A stretch of 64,000 nucleotides of DNA from an uncultured Actinomycetes bacterium (GTDB lineage: Bacteria; Actinomycetota; JAICYB01), in the NCBI GenBank assembly GCA_964520325.1, contig CAZFOB010000002.1:58723-122722 (forward strand), read 5' to 3'. The notes below the pieces were generated by a model. The model saw only the letters and a program-made list of their open reading frames with translations, was not told the origin of the DNA and did no database searches. The translations under genes and the position numbers were made by a program. Of this stretch, positions 1 to 10,541 are shown piece after piece. Numbering within the stretch: position 1 is the stretch's first letter; the number at the start of each line of letters is the position of its first letter.

Positions 1-490
1 TGTTTCCGGCAGCGACCAGGACGCCGTCCTCGAAGATTCCCCAGAGGTCGTCGGCCGCATGAACGAAGCCGCCTTCCGCCCACTCGTCGGGATGCACCGA
101 CAGGCGTAGGGTCTCGATGGCATTGGCGTCCGTCGGGCCGAGTCGCCGAGCATCACACGGGCCGGGGTGGATGAATGCGGCAGCATCGACGTAGGCGTGG
201 ATCGATGGACCGAGGACAAGCCCGGCGTCGGCGCCGGCGAGCGCACGCACGGCCTCGGGCCGAAATACCTCATCGGGCTCTCTGTTCTGAGCGCCCTCGA
301 GGACGTGCCGAGCGATGTCGGCCGCCGCGCTGATCGTGCAGCCGTCGCCGAGGCGCAGGACGTAGAGACCACGGTAGTCGGCAAGACCGGGCGGGTCGGC
401 GATGACGCGCGTACCGGCACCGAGCAGCTCGCCCGGGGCCACGCCGAACACATCGGCCCAGGTCTCTCCGACGAAGTCGGCAAGCTTCAC
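1..490 (-). CDS. GNAT-family N-acetyltransferase (partial, runs off window)
   Basis: Manual translation from GTG at 490: MKLADFVGETWADVFG...DEWAEGGF...LWGIFEDGVLVAAGN, open to the window edge. Resembles the start of a GNAT domain. Confidence 0.55.
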   Translation of the reverse strand, partial: MKLADFVGETWADVFGVAPGELLGAGTRVIADPPGLADYRGLYVLRLGDGCTISAAADIARHVLEGAQNREPDEVFRPEAVRALAGADAGLVLGPSIHAYVDAAAFIHPGPCDARRLGPTDANAIETLRLSVHPDEWAEGGFVHAADDLWGIFEDGVLVAAGN

Positions 491-550
491 GGCGTAAAAG
501 CAGGCGCATCTGGGTATGCGTTGCAGGATCTCGATAAAAGGGAGGCGAAC

Positions 551-706
551 ATGCTGATCTTGATACTGCTCGTTGTTCTGATCGTTATGGCGTTCGGCGG
601 CGGCTTGGGCTACGGCGACGGACGCTACCGCGGCCACGGGATCAGTCTTGGAGGGATCCTGTTGATCGTGCTGCTGGTGCTTCTGCTGACGGGAAGATTG
701 ACGTAG
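551..706 (+). CDS. Small hydrophobic membrane protein (DUF3309-like)
   Basis: GGGAGG RBS then ATG at 551. MLILILLVVLIVMAFGGG...GGILLIVLLVLLLTGRLT has two hydrophobic segments. Confidence 0.7.
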   Translation: MLILILLVVLIVMAFGGGLGYGDGRYRGHGISLGGILLIVLLVLLLTGRLT

Positions 707-716
707 CCGGGGCCGG

Positions 717-917
717 CTACTCGCCGCCCTTTTGGACGTAGTTCTTGATGAACTCTTCGGCGTTCTCTTCCAGGACTGAGTCGATCTCGTCCAGCAGCTT
801 GTCCATGTCTTCCTTGAGGCGCTTGCCCTTCGTCTGCGCCGCAGGGTTGGCTGCGCCGCCCTCGTCCGCAGGCGGCGGTGCCTTCTTCTTCTTCTGCTGC
901 TGGTCGCGTTGTGGCAT
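717..917 (-). CDS. pup: Prokaryotic ubiquitin-like protein Pup
   Basis: C-terminal DKLLDEIDSVLEENAEEFIKNYVQKGGE signature, immediately downstream of dop. Confidence 0.97.
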   Translation of the reverse strand: MPQRDQQQKKKKAPPPADEGGAANPAAQTKGKRLKEDMDKLLDEIDSVLEENAEEFIKNYVQKGGE

Positions 918-960
918 CGGCCTCTAAGGATATCGGTCCCTGCGACGTTTGCAGGAGAAG

Positions 961-2466
961 CTAGCCCGACAGCGCGGCCACCAGCCCCGACGGCTCCGCG
1001 TTGGCCTCGAGCAGGGCTTTCGTGCCCGCGGCCGTCCCCTTGAAAGGGTCGAGCATGGGGACGCGCTTGAGCGTCTGGCCGTCGAGATCGAAGATCAGCG
1101 CGTCCCACGAGGCGGCGACGAGACTCGAGGCGTATCGCGCGAGGCAGCTTCCACGGAAGTACGCCCTGGTGTCGAGAGGCGGAGAGATCATCGCGGCCGT
1201 GACCTCCTCGTCGGTGACGAGGCGCTCCACCCGCTCTCCCTGCACGAGCTTGTGGTACAGCCCGCGCACCGGATCGACGTCGTGGTACTGCAGATCGATC
1301 AGTCGGAGCTTCGGGTCGTTCCACTTGAGCCCGTGTCGTTCACGGTACCCATCGAGCAGCTCCCGCTTGGCGATCCAGTCGATCTGGTGCGAGAGCGATG
1401 ACGGGTCGGACTCGAGGCCGTTGAGGACGTGCTCCCATCGCGTTGCAACCTCGTGCGGCCACTCGGCACCCTCGAGGACGTCGTCGAGGACGCCGGTCTT
1501 CAGATAGGTCTTCACAGCATCGAGGTACTCCCATTGGACGTCGAGCGCGCTCGCGTGCCGGCCGTCCGCGAGCTCGAGCGTGCGCCCGAGTGTCAGGTCG
1601 CGGGACACCGCCTTGAACGCGTCGACGGGCGAGGCGAGCGTGAACGCGTCGACATCGAGTGCTTCGTCCTCGATGAGCATGAGTAACAAGGCCGTCGTGC
1701 CGACCTTGAGGAACGTGGCGACTTCGCAGAGGTTCGCGTCGCCGCAGATGACATGCAGACGGCGGAAGCGCTCCGGGTCGGCGTGCGGTTCGTCGCGTGT
1801 ATTGACGATCGGACGCTTGAGCGTCGTTTCGAGCCCGACCTCGGCCTCCATGAAGTCGGCGCGCTGAGAGATCTGGAAGTCGATCCCGTCGACGCCCGAC
1901 TCCTCGCACCCGACCTTGCCAGCTCCGCCGAAGACCTGGCGGGTGACGAAGAACGGGATAAGGGATGCCGCCAGCCTCGCGAACGGGACGTTGCGATCGA
2001 GGAGGTAGTTCTCGTGAGTGCCGTAGGAGTTCCCCTTGCCGTCGGAGTTGTTCTTGTACACGTGGACACGCGCGCCGGGGGGCAGGATCTCGAGCGTGCG
2101 CTTGATCGACGCCGCAAGGATCGCTTCGCCGGCCTTGTCCCACAACACGCAGTCGCGCGGATTGGTCGTTTCCGGCGTCGAGAACTCGGGATGGGCGTGG
2201 TCGACGTAATAGCGCGCGCCGTTGGTGAGCACAAGATTGACGAGCGCGCCCTCTTCCTCGGCCGCCTCACGGTTGCGAGCGGCCTCGAAGCCTCGCGCGT
2301 CCCGAAGCGGATTCTCTTCCTGGAAGTCCCACTTCACGCGACGCAGCTCGGCTTGTCCGTACTGTCCGACGAGCATGCTCGCGACGAGCACGGCAGAGAC
2401 CTCGCCGGGACCCGACACAGTCACGCCGTATTCGGTTTCGGTACCGAGGATCTTCTTGAGCGCCAT
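961..2466 (-). CDS. dop: Depupylase/deamidase Dop
   Basis: GTETEYG, LTNGARYYVDHAHPEFSTPE, KNNSDGKGNSYGTHENYL, NTRDEPHAD and AASWD motifs; adjacent to pup. Confidence 0.95.
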   Translation of the reverse strand: MALKKILGTETEYGVTVSGPGEVSAVLVASMLVGQYGQAELRRVKWDFQEENPLRDARGFEAARNREAAEEEGALVNLVLTNGARYYVDHAHPEFSTPETTNPRDCVLWDKAGEAILAASIKRTLEILPPGARVHVYKNNSDGKGNSYGTHENYLLDRNVPFARLAASLIPFFVTRQVFGGAGKVGCEESGVDGIDFQISQRADFMEAEVGLETTLKRPIVNTRDEPHADPERFRRLHVICGDANLCEVATFLKVGTTALLLMLIEDEALDVDAFTLASPVDAFKAVSRDLTLGRTLELADGRHASALDVQWEYLDAVKTYLKTGVLDDVLEGAEWPHEVATRWEHVLNGLESDPSSLSHQIDWIAKRELLDGYRERHGLKWNDPKLRLIDLQYHDVDPVRGLYHKLVQGERVERLVTDEEVTAAMISPPLDTRAYFRGSCLARYASSLVAASWDALIFDLDGQTLKRVPMLDPFKGTAAGTKALLEANAEPSGLVAALSG

Positions 2467-2505
2467 CGGGCCATGTTACGCCGGGTGCCCGTGCGTGACG
2501 GGACC

Positions 2506-3888
2506 TCATCTGGGAACGACCTTCCCTGGGTTCATGATCCCGTTCGGGTCGAGTGCGTTCTTGATCGCCGCCATGGCGGCGAGTGCGGCGGGGTCGTGCT
2601 CGGCCCGCATGAAGTCGAGCTTCCCGTAGCCGATGCCGTGCTCGCCGGTGCAGGTGCCGCCCATGTCGAGCGCGCGTCTCACCATGCGGTCGTGAACACC
2701 GAGCGCGCTGTCCTTCTCGCCACGGTCTTCGGAATCGAACAGGATGATCACGTGGAAGTTGCCGTCACCGACGTGCCCGACGATCGGCGCTACTAACCCA
2801 GATGAGTCGATGTCGTGCCGGGTCTCCTCGATGCACTGCGCGAGTCGCGAGATCGGCACGCAGACATCGGTCGATACCGCACGGCAGCCCGGACGCAGCG
2901 CCAAGGCCGCGTAGTACGCACCGTGGCGTGCCTTCCACAGCGTCGTGCGCTCGGACTGATCGGTCGACCAGCTCCACCCCGTTGCACCGTGATCTCTGAC
3001 GATGCGCTCGACGGCTGCCGCATGGTCGGCGACGACGACCGGCGAGCCGTGGAACTCGAGCAACAGGAGCGGCTGTACCGGCAGGTCGAGTTCGCTGTAC
3101 CGGTTACACGCGTCAACCTGCACCTCGTCGAGGAACTCGATCCGCGCAACCGGCACGCCGAGCTGGATCGTCTCGATCACGGCGCTCACGGCGTCGGAGA
3201 TCGATCCGAACGAGCACACCGCTCCGGCGATGCACTCAGGGATGCCGTGGACGCGGAGCGTCAGCTCTGTGATCACGGCGAGTGTTCCTTCAGAGCCGAT
3301 GAGGAGTCTGGTCAAGTCGTAGCCGGCCGATGACTTCCGTGCACGGCCACCGGTGTGGATGATCTCACCCGAAGCGAGAACTGCCGTCAGTCCGAGGACG
3401 TTGTCCCGCATCGTCCCGTAGCGAACGGCGTTCGTCCCTGACGCACGTGTCGCCGCCATACCGCCGAGGGTTGGATCGCTCCCCGGATCGATCGGAAAGA
3501 ACAGCCCGTCGTTCTTCAGGCGGTCGTTCAGCGCGTTGCGCCGTACGCCCGCTTGCACGCGGCAATCGAGGTCTTCTGTATTCACCTCGATGATCTGCGT
3601 CATCCGACCGAGGTCGAGGCTGATGCCTCCGTACAGCGCGGCGACGTGTCCCTCGAGCGAGGTTCCAGCGCCGAACGGGATCAGCGGGACGCCGTAACGG
3701 TTGCACGCGCGCACCACGGCGACGACCTCGGCGGTGGACATCGCCTCTACGACCGCATCGGGCGCCACCGGCGCATGCCAGCTCTCGTCGGTGCCGTGAG
3801 CGGTGCGCACGTCCCGGCCGGTCTGAACCCGCTCACCGATCTCAGCCTCGATCTCTTCGACCGCACGATCGAGCAGCACAGTCATCAC
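2506..3888 (-). CDS. FAD-linked oxidase (D-lactate dehydrogenase/GlcD family)
   Basis: PFGAGTSLEG, GSEGTL, GHVGDGNFH, GEHGIG and NPGK motifs. Confidence 0.9.
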   Translation of the reverse strand: MMTVLLDRAVEEIEAEIGERVQTGRDVRTAHGTDESWHAPVAPDAVVEAMSTAEVVAVVRACNRYGVPLIPFGAGTSLEGHVAALYGGISLDLGRMTQIIEVNTEDLDCRVQAGVRRNALNDRLKNDGLFFPIDPGSDPTLGGMAATRASGTNAVRYGTMRDNVLGLTAVLASGEIIHTGGRARKSSAGYDLTRLLIGSEGTLAVITELTLRVHGIPECIAGAVCSFGSISDAVSAVIETIQLGVPVARIEFLDEVQVDACNRYSELDLPVQPLLLLEFHGSPVVVADHAAAVERIVRDHGATGWSWSTDQSERTTLWKARHGAYYAALALRPGCRAVSTDVCVPISRLAQCIEETRHDIDSSGLVAPIVGHVGDGNFHVIILFDSEDRGEKDSALGVHDRMVRRALDMGGTCTGEHGIGYGKLDFMRAEHDPAALAAMAAIKNALDPNGIMNPGKVVPR

Positions 3889-4541
3889 GTCTGCCGGCGC
3901 ATGCGCGTCAGGATCAGCGCTCCCGCTCCGGCAGCGATGATTCCGGCTCCGATGCCGAGTGGGAGCCAGGGGAACCCGTCATCTTCCTCCTCCACCGGCA
4001 ACGCAGCCGCCGATCCGATCGGCGAGAGCGTGGGGCTCGCAACGTCGGTTGCCGCCGGTGACGGCGTTTCGGTTGCTGCGGCGGTGGCCGTTAGAGCGGC
4101 CGTCGGAGAGCTCGTCGCCGGCGCTTTGTCGTCGTCCTTGATCGAGATCGCCTCGGGCGCCCCGTACTGGAAGTTAGGGTTCACCGTGCACCCTTCTCCG
4201 GCGCTCACACGGACCGCGAAGCCCTCGCTCCCCTCAGTAACGGCGTCATTGGTGGTCTGGACCATCACAACCCTTGATGTTTCGTTCGTGAACTGCACGC
4301 GCTGATCGACGGCCGTGAAGTCGCCGGGCGACTTCGCCTTCCCGTCCACGGTTGTCAGGCGAACAGACGACGGGTTCACCGCGGCGTCACGAGACACCTT
4401 GACCGGTACCTTGTTTCCTTCGGACACGGAGTCGGGTGCCGAAACCGAGAAGGAATGACAACCGGCAACAACGCTTGGGCCGAGGGTGAGGACCGACCCC
4501 CCGACCAACAACGCCACGACTCCCCTCATCAACTTGCGCAT
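3885..4541 (-). CDS. Secreted/anchored Calx-beta domain protein
   Basis: Signal peptide, Calx-beta-like TVDGKAKSPGDF...EGSEGFAV...IKDDD, Thr/Ala linker, C-terminal TM helix with basic tail. Confidence 0.7.
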   Translation of the reverse strand: MRKLMRGVVALLVGGSVLTLGPSVVAGCHSFSVSAPDSVSEGNKVPVKVSRDAAVNPSSVRLTTVDGKAKSPGDFTAVDQRVQFTNETSRVVMVQTTNDAVTEGSEGFAVRVSAGEGCTVNPNFQYGAPEAISIKDDDKAPATSSPTAALTATAAATETPSPAATDVASPTLSPIGSAAALPVEEEDDGFPWLPLGIGAGIIAAGAGALILTRMRRQT

Positions 4542-4556
4542 GACAACCCCTTCGCT

Positions 4557-5510
4557 CTAGAGGAACAACCCGCTGATGCTTTCGCGGTTATGGATGCGCC
4601 GGATCGCTTCGGCGATCAGAGGTGCGAGGGAGACGATCCGGACCTTCTCTGAGAACTGGACCGGCTGAGTCTCCACGGTATCCGTACAAAAGAGAACCTC
4701 GATCGGACTTGCGTCGATCGTTTCCATCGAGCCGGGTCCGAACACGCCGTGCGTGACGACGGCGTAGACCGAGCGCGCGCCGCGGTCGACGAGGGCGTGC
4801 GCCGCAGCCGCCAACGTGCTCCCCGAGGTTGTGAAGTCGTCAACGAGCAATGCATTGCGCCCGTCCACGTCTCCGATGATTTCAACGATCTCCGCGCTCC
4901 CGTCGTGCCCTTTGCGTTCCTTGTCTGCGATCACCAGCGGCGTCCCGAGACGGTTCGCGTAGAGGCGCGCTTTCTTGGCGAACCCTGCATCGGGCGCAAC
5001 GACGACGAGATCTGAGAGGCCAAGAACCATCACTGCGTCGCAGAGGGCGGGCGCGGCGTAGAGATCGTCGACCGGAACCTTGAAAAAACCCTGGATCTGG
5101 GGAGCGTGGAGGTCCACCGTGATGAGCCGATCGACGCCCGTTGCTTCGATCGCGTCCGCGCAGACGCGAGCTCGGATCGAAACACGAGGCTCATCCTTCT
5201 TGTCGCCCTTGGCGTAGCTGAAGTAGGGGACGACTGCCGTCACTCGTTCGGCACTGGAGCGCTTGAACGCGTCGATCCAGAAGAGCAGCTCCATGAAGTG
5301 GTCGTTCGCCGGAAAGACGGTGGACTGCACGAGGTAGACGTGTCGCCCGCGGACGTTCTCCAAGATTCGGACGAAGAGGTTGCCCTCGGAGAATCGGAGA
5401 GTCTCACCGCTCCCAAGATCCGTTCCAAGTTCGGCGCAGATGTCCTGTGCGAGCTTGCGGCTCGCAGACCCACCGAACACAAGGATGTCTTCGTCGTTCT
5501 GGCGACTCAC
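4557..5510 (-). CDS. prs: Ribose-phosphate pyrophosphokinase
   Basis: FSEGN, PYFSYAKGDKK, VDLHAPQIQGFF, VVAPDAG and LLVDDFTTSGST motifs. Confidence 0.93.
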   Translation of the reverse strand: MSRQNDEDILVFGGSASRKLAQDICAELGTDLGSGETLRFSEGNLFVRILENVRGRHVYLVQSTVFPANDHFMELLFWIDAFKRSSAERVTAVVPYFSYAKGDKKDEPRVSIRARVCADAIEATGVDRLITVDLHAPQIQGFFKVPVDDLYAAPALCDAVMVLGLSDLVVVAPDAGFAKKARLYANRLGTPLVIADKERKGHDGSAEIVEIIGDVDGRNALLVDDFTTSGSTLAAAAHALVDRGARSVYAVVTHGVFGPGSMETIDASPIEVLFCTDTVETQPVQFSEKVRIVSLAPLIAEAIRRIHNRESISGLFL

Positions 5511-7246
5511 TACAGATATTGGCCGGGGCTGATCGTTTCGACTTGACGGTGTTCGCGGCCTGGGCCGAGCAAGGTGCGGATGAACACGATGCGCTCACCC
5601 TTCTTCCCGGAGATGCGGGCCCAGTCGTCGGGGTTGGTCGTGTTCGGGAGGTCTTCGTTCTCCTTGAACTCCTCGCGGATCGCCACCAGCACGTCGTCGG
5701 TCTTGATGCCCCGCTCTCCGTCCTCGAGGAAGCGCTTGATGGCCGCCTTCTTCGCGCGCGAGACGATCGAGTCGATCATCGCGCCGGACGAGAAGTCCTT
5801 GAAGTACATGATCTCCTTGTCACCGGAGGCGTAGGTCACTTCGAGGAATCGGTTCTCCTCGGTCGTTGCGTACATCTTCTCGACAACCTGATCGATGATC
5901 GCTTCGCACGCCTTCGCCGCGTCACCTCCGTACTGCGACATCACCTCTTCGTGGAACGGAAGATCGGGCTCGAGGTAGATCCTGAAGATCGCGCGCGCGG
6001 CCTCGAGGTCCGGACGGTCGATGCGGATCTTCACGTCGAGGCGTCCCGGACGAAGGATGGCTGGGTCGATGAGGTCCTCGCGGTTGGACGCGCCGATGAC
6101 GATCACGTTGCGCAGAGACTCCACACCGTCGATCTCCGCAAGCAGCTGCGGGACGATCGTCGCCTCCATATCCGAGCTGATGCCGGTGCCTCGCGTGCGG
6201 AACAGTGAATCCATCTCGTCGAAGAACACGATGACCGGCACCCCCTCGGTCGCCTTCTCCTTGGCCCGCTGGAAGATGAGGCGGATCTGCCGCTCGGTCT
6301 CACCGACGTACTTGTTCAACAGCTCCGGTCCCTTGATGTTCAGGAAGTAGCTCTTCGCATCGGAGCGTCCCGTCTTCTCGGCCACGCGTTCGGCGAGAGC
6401 GTGCGCGACGGCCTTGGCGATCATGGTCTTGCCGCACCCCGGCGGCCCGTACAAGAGCACGCCCTTGGGCGCGCGCAGCTTGTGCTCGGCGAAGAGCTCG
6501 GGGTGCATGTACGGGAGCTCGACGGCGTCCTGGATGGCCACGATCTGGATGCCCAGGCCGCCGACGTCGTCCCATGCGATGTCGGGGATCTCCTCGAGGA
6601 CGAGCTCGTCGACCTCGGGCTTGGGAAGCTTCTCCAGGAGATACCCCGACCGCGTATCGAAGAGGAGATGGTCGCCGGCACGCATCGGGACGTCCTTCAG
6701 TGGTTCGGCGATGAGAGCGATGCGCTCTTCGTCGGCACGAGAGACGATCGAGGCACGCTCGGCATCGATGACTTCCTTGAGCGTGACCACCTCGCCGGCC
6801 TGTTCGAAGCCGCACGATTCGACGACGTTCAGCGCCTCGTTCAGCATCACTTCCTGGCCGTGGACGATCCCTTTCGCGTCGATCTGCGGATGGACGTTGA
6901 CGCGGAGCTTGCGTCCTCCGGTGAAGACGTTGACGGTGCCGTCAGGGTTCAGACCGAGGAAGACGCCGAAACCCGAGGGAGGCGCGGTGAGCTTCTCGAC
7001 CTCTTCTCGCAGCAGTGACACCTGCTGGCGGGTCTCCTGGAGCATGCCGACGAGCCGCTCGTTCTGCTGGAGCGACTGGACGAGCCGTCCCTGGATCTCG
7101 CGGAGCCGCTCTTCGAGCAGACGGATCGAACGCGTGTCGCCCCGGCGGAAGGGTTGCTCCGAGGCGCGCTTGAGCTGGTCGCGGAGCTCCGTCAGCTCAC
7201 GCTTGATGTCGTCGAAATGCGCGTCCTGCTGCTCGCCCTCGGTCAC
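5510..7246 (-). CDS. arc: Proteasome-associated AAA ATPase ARC/Mpa
   Basis: N-terminal coiled coil, GPPGCGKT Walker A, VFFDEMD Walker [19 protein letters not shown]-terminal GQYL proteasome-docking motif. Confidence 0.97.
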   Translation of the reverse strand: MTEGEQQDAHFDDIKRELTELRDQLKRASEQPFRRGDTRSIRLLEERLREIQGRLVQSLQQNERLVGMLQETRQQVSLLREEVEKLTAPPSGFGVFLGLNPDGTVNVFTGGRKLRVNVHPQIDAKGIVHGQEVMLNEALNVVESCGFEQAGEVVTLKEVIDAERASIVSRADEERIALIAEPLKDVPMRAGDHLLFDTRSGYLLEKLPKPEVDELVLEEIPDIAWDDVGGLGIQIVAIQDAVELPYMHPELFAEHKLRAPKGVLLYGPPGCGKTMIAKAVAHALAERVAEKTGRSDAKSYFLNIKGPELLNKYVGETERQIRLIFQRAKEKATEGVPVIVFFDEMDSLFRTRGTGISSDMEATIVPQLLAEIDGVESLRNVIVIGASNREDLIDPAILRPGRLDVKIRIDRPDLEAARAIFRIYLEPDLPFHEEVMSQYGGDAAKACEAIIDQVVEKMYATTEENRFLEVTYASGDKEIMYFKDFSSGAMIDSIVSRAKKAAIKRFLEDGERGIKTDDVLVAIREEFKENEDLPNTTNPDDWARISGKKGERIVFIRTLLGPGREHRQVETISPGQYL

Positions 7247-7415
7247 CTGCGCGCCACCTCAATCTTCGTCCCGAGACGTGTCACGCCTCTTGATCGGAAT
7301 CGGGCGCCTGCACTCTCAGTATAGGAACGCATCCGACAGCTTCCCGGTATCTCCGAGCTTCCGGAAACGCGTCCCGAAAGCGCTCTCGTGCTAACAACCG
7401 ATAACATCTGGACTC

Positions 7416-8099
7416 GTGAGCGGGGAAGACCGGTTCGAGGGGTTCGGCGCGACGCTGACCGCCCACGAACGCGAAGATCTCATCTCCCGGGGCGTCCGGC
7501 GTCCCTTCCGGCGCGGGGCTTTCATCATGACCGAGGGAGAAGCATCCGACCACGTTGTCGTACTCCTGGCAGGACGCGCCAAGGTCTCGAGCTACACCCA
7601 GGACGGCAAGGAAGTCGTGCTCGCCGTCCGGGGGCCGGGCGAGTTGCTCGGAGACTTCTCCGCACTCGACGGAGGGTCACGTTCGGCAACGGTCTCAGCG
7701 CTCGAGGCGATCGAGGCGCTCATCATCCCGGCCGACCGTTTCAAGCTGTACCTCGAGGACCACGCTCGCCTCGCTGTCATGCTGTTGCAGACCTGGAGCC
7801 GGCGCGTGCGGGACGCCGACCGCAAGCGGGTTGAGTTCGGCGCCTACGACACACCGGGACGGGTTGCGCGCAGGCTCATCGAATTGGTCGAACGATACGG
7901 CGAGGGTGACGGCACCGACGGAAACTCGGTTCGCATCAGCCTGTCGTTGACCCAGGACGAGCTCGCCGGCTGGACGGGGGCATCCCGGGAAGCCGTGAGC
8001 AAGGCACTGCGTGAGTTCCGGGATCGCAACTGGATCGTCACGGGACGCCGGGCGATCACCGTCCTGGACGTTGACGCGCTTCGCGCCCGAGCTGTGTAG
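7416..8099 (+). CDS. Crp/Fnr-family transcriptional regulator
   Basis: cNMP domain (GELLGDFSALDGGSRSATV) plus HTH (LTQDELAGWTGASREAVSKAL). Confidence 0.92.
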   Translation: MSGEDRFEGFGATLTAHEREDLISRGVRRPFRRGAFIMTEGEASDHVVVLLAGRAKVSSYTQDGKEVVLAVRGPGELLGDFSALDGGSRSATVSALEAIEALIIPADRFKLYLEDHARLAVMLLQTWSRRVRDADRKRVEFGAYDTPGRVARRLIELVERYGEGDGTDGNSVRISLSLTQDELAGWTGASREAVSKALREFRDRNWIVTGRRAITVLDVDALRARAV

Positions 8100-8109
8100 C
8101 TACCGCGAG

Positions 8110-8138
8110 CGTCCGACCGCCGTCCGACCGCCGTCCGC
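8110..8138. repeat. 11-bp tandem repeat between convergent genes
   Basis: CGTCCGACCGC x about 2.5. Confidence 0.6.
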
Positions 8139-8140
8139 AA

Positions 8141-8575
8141 CTACATGGGCGCCTTTTCCACGCGGCGCAGGCGCTGTGCGATCGCCTTCATGATCTTGCG
8201 CGTCACGGTCGGCGCTTCTTCGCACAGACCCCAGAAGCTTCGGGAGTCCACAACGAAGAGCACCATCTCGGTCTCAGCGGTGATCGTTGCCGCCCGCGGT
8301 TCGTTGTCGAGGAGCGACATCTCGCCGAAGACATCCCCAGGGCCATACGCCGCCAGGCGCTTGCCCCGCAGGGTGCACTTCGCTTTGCCCTCTGAGACGA
8401 CGAAGCATTCGCGTCCGGGCATGCCCTCCTTCGTGAGGACGGTGCCCTTGTCGACCTCGATCTCGTCGGCAAGCGACGCGATCTTCGACAGCTCCTTCTG
8501 ACTGCACTCGGCGAACAGCGGCACCTTGCCGAGCAACTGGACCTTCCGGTCGGAACCTCCGCGCCTGATCGGCAT
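8141..8575 (-). CDS. Stand-alone cyclic-nucleotide-binding domain protein
   Basis: RBS then ATG at 8575. VPLFAECS...GDVFGEMSLLDNEPRAATITA. Confidence 0.88.
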   Translation of the reverse strand: MPIRRGGSDRKVQLLGKVPLFAECSQKELSKIASLADEIEVDKGTVLTKEGMPGRECFVVSEGKAKCTLRGKRLAAYGPGDVFGEMSLLDNEPRAATITAETEMVLFVVDSRSFWGLCEEAPTVTRKIMKAIAQRLRRVEKAPM

Positions 8576-8911
8576 CGCTCTCCCCTTCTCCGACGACCTC
8601 GGCCCTGACCTTAGGGCTTCCCGCCCTGCTCGCGCCAGCCTCCTGCACAAGTTCATCGGTTCTTCTGTGGAATACGACATAGAACTCACGTGAAGTTGGC
8701 CCCACAATGTGGCCATGCCGAGCGCCCGCGTCCTCGAGACCCCAACCTCGAGGAAGCAGCGTCTCGGTGCCTTGGATGGGGAACCATCGCCGTCTGAGGA
8801 CCGGCTCACGCATCATCCGCTCCCCGCGGCGCAGGGAACGTGGATCTTTCACGATCTTTGGCGTGAGCCGGTCCAGACGGCGGGGGCCGAATGAAAACAA
8901 ACGGAGGAAGC

Positions 8912-9322
8912 ATGAAGACCGCTGAGGACCTCAAGACCAAGATGACCCTGATCGGCCGGCTCCCGCTGTTCGCACGGTGTAACGGCGACGACATCCGGCA
9001 GCTGGCGAGGGCGGCGCATCCCGTCGCATTCCACCCCGGCGAAAGGTTGTGCGTCGCCGGGACGGATTCGCCGGAGTGCTACGTCGTCGCCGAGGGTGAG
9101 GCCGCCGTGACCGTCGGCAACGTCACGATCTCCGTCGTCGGCCCGTCCGACGTCGTCGGCGAACGGGGGCCGATCACCGGACGTCCTCGCGCGGCGACCG
9201 TCACCGCGAAGTCGCACATGGTGACCTACGCGATCGCACGCGAAGAGATCCTCGAACTGATCCGGCGGAGCCCCTCCGCCGCCGCGTCGATGCGCGACGA
9301 GATCCTCAGACGCTACGGATAG
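8912..9322 (+). CDS. Stand-alone cyclic-nucleotide-binding domain protein
   Basis: GGAGG then ATG at 8912. LPLFARC...DVVGERGPITGRPRAATVTA. Confidence 0.85.
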   Translation: MKTAEDLKTKMTLIGRLPLFARCNGDDIRQLARAAHPVAFHPGERLCVAGTDSPECYVVAEGEAAVTVGNVTISVVGPSDVVGERGPITGRPRAATVTAKSHMVTYAIAREEILELIRRSPSAAASMRDEILRRYG

Positions 9323-10513
9323 CTAGCGCGTGAGGGCTCTGCTGATCACCAGCCGCTGGATCTCGCTCGTTCCCTCGAACAGGGTGTAGATCTTCGCGTC
9401 GCGGTACCACTTCTCAACCGGAAAGTCCTTGATGTAGCCGTAGCCGCCGAGGACCTGGATCGCGCGCTCGGTCGTCCGGACGGCTGTTTCGCCGGCCATC
9501 AGCTTGCACATCGATCCCTCGGCTTTGGTGAATGGCTGGGCGTTCGCGGCCATCCACGCCGCGCGATGGACGAGCAACCGCGATGCGTCGACCTCGAGCG
9601 CCATGTCGGCGAGCTGAAATCCGACGCCCTGATATTCAGCGATCGGTGTTCCGAAGGTCTTGCGCTCTTTCGCGTAGCCGATCGCGAACTCGAGTGCGGC
9701 CCTCGCGATGCCGACGGCTTGGCAGGCCACGAGCGGCCGCGTGATCTCGAACGTGCGAAGCGCAACCGACTGGGTGCCATGTCCTCCGCTGCGGGCGCGC
9801 TCGAGCTTGCCGTCGAGCTTCTCCTGTCCCCCGACGAGCTGTTCGTCGGGAACGAAGCAGTCCTCGAGGATCACTTCTGCGGTGTGCGACGCCCGGATGC
9901 CGAGCTTCTTCTCCTTTTTACCCTGCGTGATGCCCTTGTTGTCCTCGCGGGAGACGATGAAGGAAGCCTGGCCGCGGATCCCGAGAGCCGGATCGACGGT
10001 TGCCACGACAACGTGGACGTCGGCGATGCCGCCGTTGGTGGCAAAGACCTTCGTCCCGTTGAGGACCCAGCCGCCGTCGACCTTCTCGGCCTTGGTGGCA
10101 AGCGACGAGACGTCTGAGCCGGCGTTCGGCTCGGTCACGCAGAAGGCTGCGACCTTCGGGTCTTCCACGGTGCCGAACATCCGCGGAGCCCATGTCATGA
10201 GCTGATCCGGCGTGCCCGCCGCGGAGAGCGCGGAGAGCGGAAGACCCGTTCCGAAGATCGCGAGACCGATGCCGGCGCAGCCCCAGCTGATCTCTTCCAT
10301 CACGAGTGGAAGACCAAGACCCGAGGTGTCGGTCAGCGTGTTCGCGAAGATGTCGAATCCGTACATCCCGATCGTTGCGGCCTTCTTGACGACCGGCCAC
10401 GGGAACTCCTCGGACTCGTCGTACTGACTCGCCACGGGACGGATCTCGTTCTCGGCGAAATCGTGGGCCCACTTCTGGAGCTCTTTCTGTTCCTCACTCA
10501 GCGAGAAATCCAT
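9323..10513 (-). CDS. Acyl-CoA dehydrogenase
   Basis: FCVTEPNAGSD, LNGTKVFATNG, KLGIRAS, QVLGGYGY and IYTLFEGTSEIQR motifs. Confidence 0.95.
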   Translation of the reverse strand: MDFSLSEEQKELQKWAHDFAENEIRPVASQYDESEEFPWPVVKKAATIGMYGFDIFANTLTDTSGLGLPLVMEEISWGCAGIGLAIFGTGLPLSALSAAGTPDQLMTWAPRMFGTVEDPKVAAFCVTEPNAGSDVSSLATKAEKVDGGWVLNGTKVFATNGGIADVHVVVATVDPALGIRGQASFIVSREDNKGITQGKKEKKLGIRASHTAEVILEDCFVPDEQLVGGQEKLDGKLERARSGGHGTQSVALRTFEITRPLVACQAVGIARAALEFAIGYAKERKTFGTPIAEYQGVGFQLADMALEVDASRLLVHRAAWMAANAQPFTKAEGSMCKLMAGETAVRTTERAIQVLGGYGYIKDFPVEKWYRDAKIYTLFEGTSEIQRLVISRALTR

Positions 10514-10541
10514 CTCGACCCCCTTCTCTCACGACCTCAGA

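Noticed and set aside
167-550. N-terminal extension of the 179-aa ORF
   Set aside because: Antisense shadow of the GNAT gene; the RBS supports a start at 551.
8576-8911. CRP boxes or an ncRNA in the gap between the cNMP genes
   Set aside because: No good TGTGA-N6-TCACA match and no recognisable RNA motif.
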